A stretch of 64,000 nucleotides of DNA from an uncultured Gemmatimonadales bacterium (GCA_963783305.1 CAWAMW010000016.1:128001-192000), one strand, 5' to 3'. Counted from the first letter of the stretch, positions 1-9,475 are shown. The notes: generated from the sequence alone by a model not told the origin. Made by a program: numbers and translations.

Positions 1-578
1 CCCGTCAGCCGCTCCGGCTTCCCCTCCGACGTCAGGCTCACCGCCGCGTCCCGGTACGCCGCAAGCTCCGCCAGAGACTCCGACCCCGCGCGGAAGTCCA
101 GGTAGTTCGGCTCCGACACCGAGAACGGCATGCCCCGGGGTGTCTCCTCCCGCACCAGCACCAGCCGCTCCGGGTTCTCCCACGGAAGCGGACTCAGCAC
201 CACGCCGTCCACCACGCTGAAGATCGCCGTGGTCGCTCCGATCCCCAGCCCCAGTGTCAGCACCACCACCGTCGCCAGACCCGGCGACCGTCGGATCATC
301 CGCACCGCCGCGCCCACGTCCTGGCCCAGCGACTCCAACCACCGGGTCCGACGCGCCGCCCGCACCTCCTCCTTGTACCGCTCCACACCCCGGAACGACA
401 CCAGCGCCGCACGCCGCGCCTCCTCCGGCGACATCCCCTCCCGTACGTTCTTCTCCGTCTCCATCGCCACGTGGAACGCCAGCTCGTCGCTCAGCTCCCG
501 CTCCACGTCGCCCTTCCGCACCAGCGCCCGCACCGACTTCCACGCGCCCCGCAGTCGGTCCACCAGCACCCCACCCAT
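1..578 (-). CDS. ADOP-type (MacB/FtsX-like) ABC transporter permease, N-terminal part; runs off the window
   Basis: Manual translation from the ATG at 578, which overlaps the PadR stop (TAATG): MGGVLVDRLRGAWKSVRALVRKGDVERELSDELAFHVAMETEKNVREGMSPEEARRAALVSFRGVERYKEEVR...LTLGLGIGATTAIFSVVDGVVLSPLP. This is the typical permease-prefix plus MacB N-terminus. Confidence 0.9.
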   Translation of the reverse strand, partial: MGGVLVDRLRGAWKSVRALVRKGDVERELSDELAFHVAMETEKNVREGMSPEEARRAALVSFRGVERYKEEVRAARRTRWLESLGQDVGAAVRMIRRSPGLATVVVLTLGLGIGATTAIFSVVDGVVLSPLPWENPERLVLVREETPRGMPFSVSEPNYLDFRAGSESLAELAAYRDAAVSLTSEGKPERLT

Positions 579-913
579 TACGCCGTCCCCAGAATCAGCT
601 CCACCGCGCCCACGTACCGCCGCCAGCTCTCCGTCTCCTCACCCAGCGCCCTCCGACCCGACACCGTCAGCTGGTAGTACTTCGCCCGCCGGTTCTGATC
701 CGTCACCCGCCAGTCGCTGTCGATCCACCCCCGCTCCTCCAGCCGCTGCAGCGCCGGATACAGCGACCCCTGACCCACCTGCAGCAGCTCCTCCGACAAA
801 TGCTGGATCCGCTGCGCCACCCCCCACCCGTGCATGGGCTCCAGCGCCAGCGTCTTCAGGATCAGCAGGTCGAGCGTGCCGCGGAGCACGTCGTGTGTGG
901 CCGGATTCGTCAT
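578..913 (-). CDS. PadR family transcriptional regulator (type associated with ADOP permeases)
   Basis: LRGTLDLLILKTL...MHGWGVAQRI...GSLYPALQRLEERGWI...NRRAKYYQLT. The ATG at 913 follows a GGAG RBS; the longer start at 943 lies inside the operator palindrome. Confidence 0.93.
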   Translation of the reverse strand: MTNPATHDVLRGTLDLLILKTLALEPMHGWGVAQRIQHLSEELLQVGQGSLYPALQRLEERGWIDSDWRVTDQNRRAKYYQLTVSGRRALGEETESWRRYVGAVELILGTA

Positions 914-927
914 GGTTGCTCCCGTGG

Positions 928-976
928 TGTCGGTGTCCGACATGAGGGTAATACGGGGTTGTGTCGGAAGTCAACA
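928..976 (-). promoter_or_regulatory. padR promoter with two putative PadR operator palindromes
   Basis: TGTCGG-N3-CCGACA at 928-942 and TGTCGG-N3-TCAACA at 962-976. On the minus strand, TTGACT (-35) lies inside the second site, with TACCCT (-10) 18 nt downstream. Confidence 0.65.
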
Positions 977-980
977 GGAG

Positions 981-1010
981 GCGGCTGCGGGCGGCTGCGG
1001 GCGGCTGCGC
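981..1010. repeat. 10-bp tandem repeat (GCGGCTGCGG) x3
   Basis: gcggctgcgg gcggctgcgg gcggctgcgc read directly. Confidence 0.85.
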
Positions 1011-1140
1011 CGCCGTTTTCGGTCCACGGTTCACGGTTGACGGGGAAACCGGTGCGGGTGCAGGGCCGCCGCTCCGGAGGCCCGCAGGGAACAGCCGGAC
1101 GCGGACACGCCAGACGGGCTCCTGTCCTGTCGAGGGACGT

Positions 1141-1326
1141 TCCGGTAAAGTCCCCAATGAACCGCCCGACTCCAGTTGTTTGGTGGCTTCCCCGGACTAT
1201 TTCCGGTCAGGTCCCCAATGAAATGCCCCGCGCGTCGCCTTGTCTGGGGAGTTCTCCGGAATATGTCCGGTCGGGTCCCCAACGATCGAGACGACGTCGG
1301 TTGTTTGGGGACTTGTCCGGACAACG
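1141..1326. repeat. Dispersed palindromic three-unit repeat element, copy A
   Basis: Units start at 1141, 1202 and 1266: TCCGGT-nnn-GTCCCCAAYGA[variable 14/17/14 nt]TTGTYTGGGGA-nTTnn-CCGGA. It is the reverse-complement homolog of 10267-10450. Confidence 0.85.
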
Positions 1327-1351
1327 CAATGTTCCTGGTGGGGTCTCCTCC

Positions 1352-1410
1352 CTCCGCTCCCTCCGAGTCCTCCGAGTCCTCCGAGTCCTCCGAGTCCTCC
1401 GAGTCCTCCG
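1352..1410. repeat. 9-bp tandem repeat (CTCCGAGTC) x5.5 plus one degenerate unit
   Basis: Perfect units at 1361-1405, read directly. Confidence 0.95.
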
Positions 1411-1521
1411 TGACAGGCTGTGAAACGAGCCTTCGGCGTCCGCGAGGGTGGCAAGCTCAAGCCGGTGAGGCAACCAGCCGTGACCCGTGAACCGTGCTCC
1501 GAAAACGGCGGCGCAGCCGCC

Positions 1522-3732
1522 CTACGTCAGGATCTCCGCAAAATCCAGCTCCTCCGACCCGAGCACGAACGCCGTCGTGCCGAGCGGCGCGGCGAGCTCC
1601 TGGAGCTGCTCGTAATAGGCGGTGAAGTCGGGAACGGAGTCGGGCGGGGCGAGGCCGATGAAGACGAGGTCGGCGTCGGCGGAGACGCGGGCGAGGGTGG
1701 CGGGGAAGTCCTCGCGAGCGCCGACGAGCACGTCGGCCTCGGCGCCCACGCGGAGGCTGGCGATGGTGGCCTCCAGATTGGTGCGGGCTGCCTCGGCGGC
1801 GCTCTCGTGCGGTACCACGAGTTTGACGCAGACCCGCGTATCATTCCACTCCAGGCTGGTCCGGAGCAGGTACGCCAGCAGCATCATGAGCCCGCCGTTC
1901 CTCTGGAGGCCGCCCCACCAGATGTCGATGCGGCGGCGGTCGCCGAAGCCGCGGACCGGGTCGTACCGCAGCACCACGACGTTGCGGCGTCGCTCGTGGA
2001 GCATCTCCAGGGTGCGGCAATAGGCCTCCCGGTGTCTGGGCTCCTCGCTGGCGCCGAGGATGAAGGTGTTGGGGACGAGGGATCCCATGCCGTACGTGGA
2101 CGCCAGGCGCTCGGCGCCGTCGAACGGGGTGTCCGCCTTCACGACCCGCACGAGCGCCTGCACCCCGCGCCGGCCGAGGTACTCGTCGATGGTGCCCTCG
2201 AGCTTCCGGTTCCGCCGCGCGTCCGCCGAGTCGGCGCGCAGCACCGTGGCCACCGTCAGGAGTCCGCGGTTGTGCGTCAGGTCGCTGGCCAGCTGGACCA
2301 GGTGCCAGCGGCTCGTGGGCGCGCCAGAGAGGACGAGGATGTGCGGCCGCCAGTTGCGGGGGTCCGGCTGGTCGTCGCCGAGCCGGAGGAGCACGGAGCG
2401 TGCGAGCGACAGCAGGACGCCGCGCCGCACGTCGCCCCACGCGGTCTTCATCTCGCGCCGCTCGAGCCACAGGAACACCGCGCCGATCACCACCGCGGCC
2501 GCCGCCGTGGCCACCGGGTTGATCAGGACCATGATCACCACACACCCAACCGCGCCCAGCAGCGACAGCGACCAGTGGACCCGGAACGACGGACGGAACG
2601 ACGGGCTCCGGATCAGGCCCTCGATCCCCGCCGCCAGGTTCACCGTCATGTAGGAAGCAAGGAAGAACATGGTGAGGATCGGCGCGATGACGTTCAGCTC
2701 GCCCAGCGATACGGCCGCCAGCGCCACCAGCATGGTGACGATGGTGGCGATCCGCGGCTCATCCGCCGCTCCGGCCCCGCGGCCCAGGCCGGACATCCAG
2801 CGCGGTAGCACATTGTCACGCGCCAGAGCCTGCAGCACTCGCGGTCCCCCCAGGATGCTGCCCAATGCGCTGGATAGCGTGGCGCCCCAGACGCCCAGCA
2901 GGACGGCATCGCCCCAGAAGGCCATGCGGCGCATGACCAGCGGGTCCTCGATGAGCGTGCTCGGGTCCGCCCGCAGCGACAGGATCACAGGGAGCGTCAT
3001 GTACACCACGTAGCCCACCGCCAGCGCCGCCAGCGTGCCGCGGGGGATCGAGCGCGCCGGGTCCTTCAGGTCGCCGCTCATGTTCACCCCGGCCTCGATC
3101 CCGGTCACCGCCGGGAAGAACACCGCGAGCACCACCCAGAACCCGGCGCTCGGCCCGGGCGCCGGCTGGAGCTGGAGCGTCGTCTCCTCCAGCGGGCTCC
3201 CGAAGAGGAACGAGATCAGCGACAGCGCGATGGCCGCCATGATGAAGTACTGCGCCCGGATCGCCAGCCGCGCGCTGGTGATTGCCAGGATCGCCACCAC
3301 GATGGTGGTCCCGGCTGCCAGCATTCGCTGGTCCAGCATCGGGAAGACGCGGACCACGCTCTCCGCGAACCCGATCGTGTAGAGCGCCACGGAGAACGCC
3401 AGGGCGAAGTAGACGGGGATCCCGACGGCACCACCCGTCTCCACGCCCAGCGACCGGCTGATCATGTAGTACGCGCCGCCCGCCCGGACCCTCCGATCCG
3501 TGGCGATGGACGACATGGAGAGCGCCGTGAGCGCCGTGATGCTGGTGCAGATGGTGACGATGATGAGCGTCTGGATCAGCCCCACGTTGCCCACGACCCA
3601 GCCGAAGCGCAGGTACATGATCACGCCCAGGATCGTCAGGATCGAGGGTGTGAATACGCCCCCGAAGGTGCCGAAGCCGGCGCCCTGCGACGCGCCCGGG
3701 CGCGGCCGGGACTCCTCGACAGGGGGGCTCAC
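1522..3732 (-). CDS. Cation-chloride cotransporter (SLC12/CCC-like, APC superfamily)
   Basis: FGTFGGVFTPSILTILGVIMYLR, GGAYYMISRSLG, FFPAVTGI, SGDLKDP, SPSFRPSF and NWRPHILV motifs; about 12 TM segments plus a cytosolic C-terminal domain. Confidence 0.9.
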   Translation of the reverse strand: MSPPVEESRPRPGASQGAGFGTFGGVFTPSILTILGVIMYLRFGWVVGNVGLIQTLIIVTICTSITALTALSMSSIATDRRVRAGGAYYMISRSLGVETGGAVGIPVYFALAFSVALYTIGFAESVVRVFPMLDQRMLAAGTTIVVAILAITSARLAIRAQYFIMAAIALSLISFLFGSPLEETTLQLQPAPGPSAGFWVVLAVFFPAVTGIEAGVNMSGDLKDPARSIPRGTLAALAVGYVVYMTLPVILSLRADPSTLIEDPLVMRRMAFWGDAVLLGVWGATLSSALGSILGGPRVLQALARDNVLPRWMSGLGRGAGAADEPRIATIVTMLVALAAVSLGELNVIAPILTMFFLASYMTVNLAAGIEGLIRSPSFRPSFRVHWSLSLLGAVGCVVIMVLINPVATAAAAVVIGAVFLWLERREMKTAWGDVRRGVLLSLARSVLLRLGDDQPDPRNWRPHILVLSGAPTSRWHLVQLASDLTHNRGLLTVATVLRADSADARRNRKLEGTIDEYLGRRGVQALVRVVKADTPFDGAERLASTYGMGSLVPNTFILGASEEPRHREAYCRTLEMLHERRRNVVVLRYDPVRGFGDRRRIDIWWGGLQRNGGLMMLLAYLLRTSLEWNDTRVCVKLVVPHESAAEAARTNLEATIASLRVGAEADVLVGAREDFPATLARVSADADLVFIGLAPPDSVPDFTAYYEQLQELAAPLGTTAFVLGSEELDFAEILT

Positions 3733-3781
3733 CGGCCGATGGCTCCCGTACCTGCCCGGGCAGGTGCCGCGGCCATGCGCG

Positions 3782-3880
3782 TCATCCGCACGCTCGGAGC
3801 CCCAGGTTCAGCAGGACGGTGAGGACGACGGAAAGGACCATGCTCCAGAGGCAGCCGCCCCGACTGAAACGTGCGGGCAT
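3782..3880 (-). CDS. Putative 32-aa single-TM small protein
   Basis: Manual translation MPARFSRGGCLWSMVLSVVLTVLLNLGLRACG*, with GC3-rich codons; too short for the ORF track. Confidence 0.5.
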   Translation of the reverse strand: MPARFSRGGCLWSMVLSVVLTVLLNLGLRACG

Positions 3881-4156
3881 GATGGGTATCGGTTCCGTTT
3901 TCTGCGTGGGTCGTAGGCGCCGTGCCGAGGGGTGACGTCGCCACGAAGATCACGGCCGCGGGCGCGGATCGCCAGTCGCCGGGGCAACCGCGTGGAGCGC
4001 CCACGACCCGCGCACGATCTGCGCCCGCGGACAGACTGCGCTGGGTCGAGGCTGAAACCAGTATCGGGACAGGGGCGTAGGGATCGTCGAAGCCAGGGCT
4101 CCCCTGCGAGGTCCAGAGCCCGTGCCTGCTGAATACGAGCCGACGATCGATTTTTC

Positions 4157-6829
4157 ATGAATGCTGTCCTGAGTACCATGCTCATCGCCTCGCTGGCGTT
4201 CCCCTCGACCGAGCCCGTGCAGCCTCAGTCCAACGAGTCCTCGAGCGACCCGGATCCCGACCGCGTTCCGGAGCTCCGCACCACCCGGATCGCGGAGCCG
4301 CCTGTCATCGACGGAGTGCTGGACGAGGCCTTCTGGACGCTGGCGGACGTGGCCACCGATTTCACCCAGAAGCAGCCCGACCCGGGACGGCCGGCGAGCC
4401 AGCGCACGGAGGTGCGCGTGGTTCATGACGACGAGGCCATCTACGTGGGCGCTCGCCTCTACGACACCGCGCCCGACTCCATCGTGGCGCAGCTCGGGCG
4501 GCGCGACAGCAACGTGCACTCCGACTGGTTTTACGTGGCGATCGACAGCTACTTCGACCGCCGAACCGGCTTCGTCTTCGGTCTGAACCCACGGTCGGTG
4601 ATGCAGGACGTCCTGCTCCACAGCGACGTGGAGGAGGACGGGAGCTGGGACGCGGTCTGGGATGGCGCCGCCCGACGGGACGCGGAGGGTTGGACTGCGG
4701 AGTTCCGGATTCCGCTGTCGCAGCTGCGGTTCAGCGAGCCGGAGTCGGGCGCAGAGCAGGTATGGGGTGTGAACTTCCTTCGCAGCATCGCGCGCTACGG
4801 CGAGGAGTCCTTCTGGGCGCCCACGCTGCCGGACGAGCAGCGGGTGGTTTCGGCGTTCGGCGAGCTGCACGGGCTGGACCACCTGTCGCCGCCGCGCCGC
4901 CTCGAGGTGATGCCGTACGCGGTGGCGAGCGCCACGGCCGCGCCCGTCGAGGACGGGGACCCGTTCCACAGCTCCCTGGACCCGTTTGGCGGCATGGGCG
5001 CTGACATCAAGGCGGGCGTGACATCGGACCTGACGCTCACGGCCACCCTCAACCCCGATTTCGGTCAGGTCGAGGCGGACCCGAGCGTGGTGAACCTGAG
5101 CGCATTCGAGTCGTTCTATCCCGAAAAGCGGCCCTTCTTCGTGGAGGGGGTCGACATCTTCCGGTTCGGCATCGGCATCGGGGACGGCGACCTGGGGTCG
5201 GAAAGCCTGTTCTACTCGCGGCGCATCGGCCGCGCACCGCAGGGCGAGGTGGACGGGGATTACATGGACGCGCCTGCGGCCACGACCATCCTGGCGGCCG
5301 CGAAGGTCTCGGGCAAGACGCCGGGCGGCTGGTCCGTCGGCGTGCTGGACGCGGTGACGTCGACCGAGGACGCCGCGTTCTCGCTGGACGGGGTCGAAGG
5401 AGAGGTCCCTGTCGAGCCGCTCACCAACTATGGCGTGGCGCGCGTGATGAAGGACTTTCGTGCGGGGCGGAGCGCCATCGGCGGGATCTTCACCGCGACG
5501 AACCGGTCGCTGCCCGAGTCGGGGGAGCTGGACTGGCTGCGGCGGTCCGCGTATACCGGCGGCGTCGATTTCCGCCACCGCTTCGGCGGCGACGCCTACC
5601 AGGTCAGCGGCTCACTCGTAGGCAGCATGATCACGGGGACGGCCGAGGCACTGGACGAGATCCAGCGGTCTCCGGTGCATTACTTCCAGCGCCCCGACGC
5701 CGACCACCTGGAGTACGACCCCATGCGGACTTCCATGACCGGTTTCGCCTCCAAGGTGGAGTTCGGGAAGATTCAGGGCGACTGGCGGTACATGCTCTTC
5801 GGGATGAGCATCACACCCGAGTTCGAAGCCAACGACCTGGGGTTCCAGACGAACGCCGACATGGCGCTCGGCGGCTTCTGGGCCGGTTACAGCCACAACG
5901 AGCCGACGAGTCACTTCCGGAGATGGAACCTCGGCGTGAACGGATACGGGGGCGCCACGTACGGCGGCGAGCGCGTGGCGAGCGGTGGGAACATCAACGG
6001 CGGGTTCCAGCTCAACAACTTCTGGGGTGGCCACGGCGGCATCGAAGTGAGCGCGGGCGACTATTCCACCTCGCTTCTGCGGGGCGGGCCGGCCTTCCTG
6101 CGGCCTCCGCGCTGGAGCACGTGGTCCGGGCTCAACAGCGACCAGCGGAAGTCCGTGAGCCTGAGCCTCGGGCTGAACATGTCCGGCCAGGCGGAGAGCG
6201 ATGCCGGGAGCTTCCGGCTCAGTCCCGGGATCACGGTGCGACCCACGACCAGCGCCGACCTCTACCTGGGACCGTCGTTCTCGCACAATCGCGACGTGCT
6301 GCAGTACGTGGAAACCGCGGAGCTGGACGGCGGGACCGAGTGGATCCTCGGAACCGTGGAGCAGACCACCGTGGCCATGACCATGCGGCTCAACTACACG
6401 TTCTCCCCCGCGCTCTCCCTCCAGCTCTACGCCCAGCCGTTCATCAGCGCGGGCGACTACTCGACCTTCAAGCGCGTCACGGATCCGCGGGGCGACGCTC
6501 TCGCCGATCGCACACAGCTCCTGGGCGACGACCAGGTCTCCAGCGCAATGGTCGATGACGAGCGGCGCTATTTCCTCGATTTCGATGGTGACGGGGCCGC
6601 CGACTTCGACTTCGCGGACCCGAGCTTCAACTTCAAGCAGCTCCGCTCCAACGCGGTGCTGCGCTGGGAGTACCGGCCCGGGTCCGCGATCTTCGTGGTC
6701 TGGAGCCAGGGCCGGACCGACTTCCAGCAGGACGGGCGGTTCCGGCTCGGTGACAATGTGGGTGACCTGCTGGCGGCCGACGGGACCAATGTGCTGATGG
6801 TGAAGGCCAGCTACTGGTTCGGCCTCTGA
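4157..6829 (+). CDS. CBM9-like sugar-binding plus DUF5916 outer-membrane protein
   Basis: Signal peptide; PVIDGVLDE, GWTAEFRIPLSQLRF, LNPDFGQVEAD, EKRPFFVEG and LFYSRRIG motifs; C-terminal KASYWF beta-signal. Confidence 0.88.
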   Translation: MNAVLSTMLIASLAFPSTEPVQPQSNESSSDPDPDRVPELRTTRIAEPPVIDGVLDEAFWTLADVATDFTQKQPDPGRPASQRTEVRVVHDDEAIYVGARLYDTAPDSIVAQLGRRDSNVHSDWFYVAIDSYFDRRTGFVFGLNPRSVMQDVLLHSDVEEDGSWDAVWDGAARRDAEGWTAEFRIPLSQLRFSEPESGAEQVWGVNFLRSIARYGEESFWAPTLPDEQRVVSAFGELHGLDHLSPPRRLEVMPYAVASATAAPVEDGDPFHSSLDPFGGMGADIKAGVTSDLTLTATLNPDFGQVEADPSVVNLSAFESFYPEKRPFFVEGVDIFRFGIGIGDGDLGSESLFYSRRIGRAPQGEVDGDYMDAPAATTILAAAKVSGKTPGGWSVGVLDAVTSTEDAAFSLDGVEGEVPVEPLTNYGVARVMKDFRAGRSAIGGIFTATNRSLPESGELDWLRRSAYTGGVDFRHRFGGDAYQVSGSLVGSMITGTAEALDEIQRSPVHYFQRPDADHLEYDPMRTSMTGFASKVEFGKIQGDWRYMLFGMSITPEFEANDLGFQTNADMALGGFWAGYSHNEPTSHFRRWNLGVNGYGGATYGGERVASGGNINGGFQLNNFWGGHGGIEVSAGDYSTSLLRGGPAFLRPPRWSTWSGLNSDQRKSVSLSLGLNMSGQAESDAGSFRLSPGITVRPTTSADLYLGPSFSHNRDVLQYVETAELDGGTEWILGTVEQTTVAMTMRLNYTFSPALSLQLYAQPFISAGDYSTFKRVTDPRGDALADRTQLLGDDQVSSAMVDDERRYFLDFDGDGAADFDFADPSFNFKQLRSNAVLRWEYRPGSAIFVVWSQGRTDFQQDGRFRLGDNVGDLLAADGTNVLMVKASYWFGL

Positions 6830-6874
6830 GATCTACGCGTTGCTTCCCTGCAGGCGGTCCGTGACCGGTTCGCC

Positions 6875-7540
6875 CTAGCTGATCTTCTCGATACGGCGGG
6901 CGCGGATCACCCAGTCGAAGGCGCGGATCTGCGCCAGGGCGTGGTCGGAGATGGCGTGATCGACCTCAATGGTCATGAGCGCCTGCTTGTTCCGGCCCGT
7001 GCGGTCCACCCGCATGGTGGCCAGGTTCACACCGTCCTCGGCGAACACCGCGCTGATGGCTGCGATGGTTCCCGGCCGGTCCCGCGCCACCAGCACCAGC
7101 GTGTCGTAATCGCCCCCCAGGGCAACGGGGAAGTCGTCGATCTCGGTCACCTCGATCCGGGCGCCGCCCACGGACGCGCCCTGGAGCGTGACCGACTCAT
7201 CGCCTTTCCGTACCTCGAACTGCGCGGTGTTCGGGTGCGCGTCCTCCCCCAGGTCGGTCTCCTCGAAGCGGTAGGAGAGGCCGGCGGCGTCGGCCTCCTC
7301 GTACGCGGACCGGAGCCGCAGGTCGTCGGGGGCGATCCCCAGGAGTCCGCCCACGATCGCCCGCTGCGTACCGTGGCCCTCGCCCGTCGCGGCGAACGAA
7401 CCGTGCAACCGGATCACCGCCTCGTCCGGCGTCTCTCCGAGGATGGCCCGGGCCATGAGGCCCAGGCGGCAGGCACCGGCGGTGTGGGAGGACGAGGGTC
7501 CCACCATGACAGGTCCGAGAATGTCGAACAGTCCTACCAT
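6875..7540 (-). CDS. sdaAB: L-serine dehydratase, Fe-S dependent, beta subunit with ACT domain
   Basis: FDILGPVMVGPSSSHTAGA, GSFAATGEGHGT, HPNT, SVGGA; C-terminal ACT domain. Confidence 0.95.
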   Translation of the reverse strand: MVGLFDILGPVMVGPSSSHTAGACRLGLMARAILGETPDEAVIRLHGSFAATGEGHGTQRAIVGGLLGIAPDDLRLRSAYEEADAAGLSYRFEETDLGEDAHPNTAQFEVRKGDESVTLQGASVGGARIEVTEIDDFPVALGGDYDTLVLVARDRPGTIAAISAVFAEDGVNLATMRVDRTGRNKQALMTIEVDHAISDHALAQIRAFDWVIRARRIEKIS

Positions 7541-7548
7541 GGGGCCTC

Positions 7549-8433
7549 CTACGCGCTGATTCCGGTGGGGCTCCGGGACGGCTGGATCTGCACCAGCCGG
7601 CGCGCGGACGGTGTGGCCGCGAGACCACCCTGCGCGGTCTCCCTGTACGCCACGGGCATCTTCCGCCCCACCTCTCCCATCACGTCGATGACCTCATCGG
7701 CGGGGACCGGGAAATCGAGCCCGGCCAGCGCCATCTCGGCCGCAGACAGCGCCTGCATGGCGGCGGAGGCGTTCCGGTAGATGCAGGGGATCTCCACGAG
7801 GCCGCCGATGGGGTCGCAGATCAGGCCCAGCATGCCCTGGAGCGCGAGGGCGACGGCGGTGGACACCTGGTCATCGCTCCCGCCGGCCAGCCAGGTCACG
7901 CCGGCGGCGCCCATGGCCGCGGCGGACCCCGTCTCCGCCTGACAGCCGCCCGCCGCCCCGGAGAGGGAGGCCCGGTGTGCGATCACCCCACCCACCCCGC
8001 CGGCGACGAGCATGGCGTCCACCAGCTGCTCCTCGTCCGCCTCCAGGATCTCGCCCGCCGAGATCAGGATCGATGGCAGCACTCCGGCGGCGCCTGCCGT
8101 GGGGGCGGCCACGATCAGCCCCATTGCGGCGTTCACCTCGAGCGTGGCAATGGCGCGCGAGAGGATTGACGTCACCCGGTCTCCCATGAGACGCGGCCCG
8201 TTGCTGAAGAGCCGCGCGGCGCGCCCGCCCGTCAGCCCCGACGGGGAGCGTACATCTCCCTTAAGCCCCTCCTCCACCGCCTCGCGCATGACACGCATGG
8301 TCTTCCGGATCCGCGCGCGGACCTCTTCCTCCGTCCGCCCACTCTCCTCCGCTTCCGTCTCCAGGATGGTGCGGGGGAGCGTGCGCCCGCTGTCGCGGGC
8401 GTCATCGAGTAGCGCGGCTATGGACTTGTGCAT
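7549..8433 (-). CDS. sdaAA: L-serine dehydratase, Fe-S dependent, alpha subunit
   Basis: EVNAAMGLIVAAPTAGAAG, SGAAGGCQAETG, LGLICDPIGGLVEIPC, ETAQGGLA. Confidence 0.95.
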   Translation of the reverse strand: MHKSIAALLDDARDSGRTLPRTILETEAEESGRTEEEVRARIRKTMRVMREAVEEGLKGDVRSPSGLTGGRAARLFSNGPRLMGDRVTSILSRAIATLEVNAAMGLIVAAPTAGAAGVLPSILISAGEILEADEEQLVDAMLVAGGVGGVIAHRASLSGAAGGCQAETGSAAAMGAAGVTWLAGGSDDQVSTAVALALQGMLGLICDPIGGLVEIPCIYRNASAAMQALSAAEMALAGLDFPVPADEVIDVMGEVGRKMPVAYRETAQGGLAATPSARRLVQIQPSRSPTGISA

Positions 8434-8532
8434 GACGTTCACGGGAACGGGGTTCGGCCGCGGTGGATTCGTGCAAAGGCTGCGCCGAAACGCGCGGCAG
8501 GCTCGCGCCTGCGGCCCCGGCCCGGCGCCCGG

Positions 8533-9255
8533 TCAGAGGCCGGACGGGTCCAGCATGGTGGCGAACACCTGCCGAAAGAAATCCAGCGGGAGCGCGCCGC
8601 TCATAGGCACGCCGTTCACAATGAAGGTGGGCGTGCCCCGGACGAAAAACTCCTGCGATGCCTGGTTGTGGCGCGCAAGCAGCGCCCGCGGCCCCGTCTC
8701 GTCCATGCACGCGTCCACCGCGTCCCGGTCGAGTCCAGCTTCGGCGAGGTAGTCCAGGATCCGCGTCCGCGCGTCCGCGCCCCGCAGCGCCACCTGCCGC
8801 TCGTAGAAGACGTCGTGCGCCTTCCAGAACGCCTCCGGTCCACCCTCGCGGGCCACGCACTCCGCCGCCACCCCCATGAGCTCACCGCCCGCGAAGCCGA
8901 ACATCACCGGCACGTACCGCCACCGCACGAGCCCGGTATCGATGAACTCCTTGCGGATCTCCGGCAGCGTGCCACGGGCAAAGCGCGCGCAGTAGGGGCA
9001 GCCGAAGTCGCTGAACTCCACCACGGCGATGGGTGCATCGGGGTCGCCCAGCGTATGGCCCACCTCGACGCTCGCCGGCGGGATTGTGTCTCCGCTCGCG
9101 GCCACCGCCACTACGCCGCCGGTCGCAGCCTCACTCCCGGCCTCACTCGCGGCGCCCGCCGCCGACGGATCGCATGCGGCCGCCACCCAGAGAGTCGAGA
9201 CCAGGGCGAGCACGCGCCCGGCCCGAACGCCGGAGAAATATCGGTCCGCTGTCAT
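8533..9255 (-). CDS. DsbA/BdbD-like thioredoxin-fold oxidoreductase (probable lipoprotein)
   Basis: LGDPDAPIAVVEFSDFGCPYC and VRGTPTFIVNG; N-terminal hydrophobic segment ending AAAC; start placed at MTADRY (9255). Confidence 0.85.
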   Translation of the reverse strand: MTADRYFSGVRAGRVLALVSTLWVAAACDPSAAGAASEAGSEAATGGVVAVAASGDTIPPASVEVGHTLGDPDAPIAVVEFSDFGCPYCARFARGTLPEIRKEFIDTGLVRWRYVPVMFGFAGGELMGVAAECVAREGGPEAFWKAHDVFYERQVALRGADARTRILDYLAEAGLDRDAVDACMDETGPRALLARHNQASQEFFVRGTPTFIVNGVPMSGALPLDFFRQVFATMLDPSGL

Positions 9256-9475
9256 GCTGGCTCCTGCATCGTTGGGGAAGATTTCGGGTGAAGCTCTGGC
9301 AACATCGGCCGGAGGATAGCGGCGGCCATCGTGCCGACGCCAGTGCCGACCGGCGCGTGCCCGTCCACCACCCCGCGGCACGAGCACGGACGCGCCGCCG
9401 TAGCGGCGGCACGGGCCTTGTACAGGTACTGCACCACACCACAGACAGTCCGCTACCCCAGCAGAGGAGCCCATC

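Noticed and set aside
1141..1326. CRISPR array interpretation of the repeat-spacer pattern (also 10267-10450)
   Set aside because: The repeats are degenerate, the variable cores are only 14-17 nt, there are just three units, and there is no leader or cas gene in the window.
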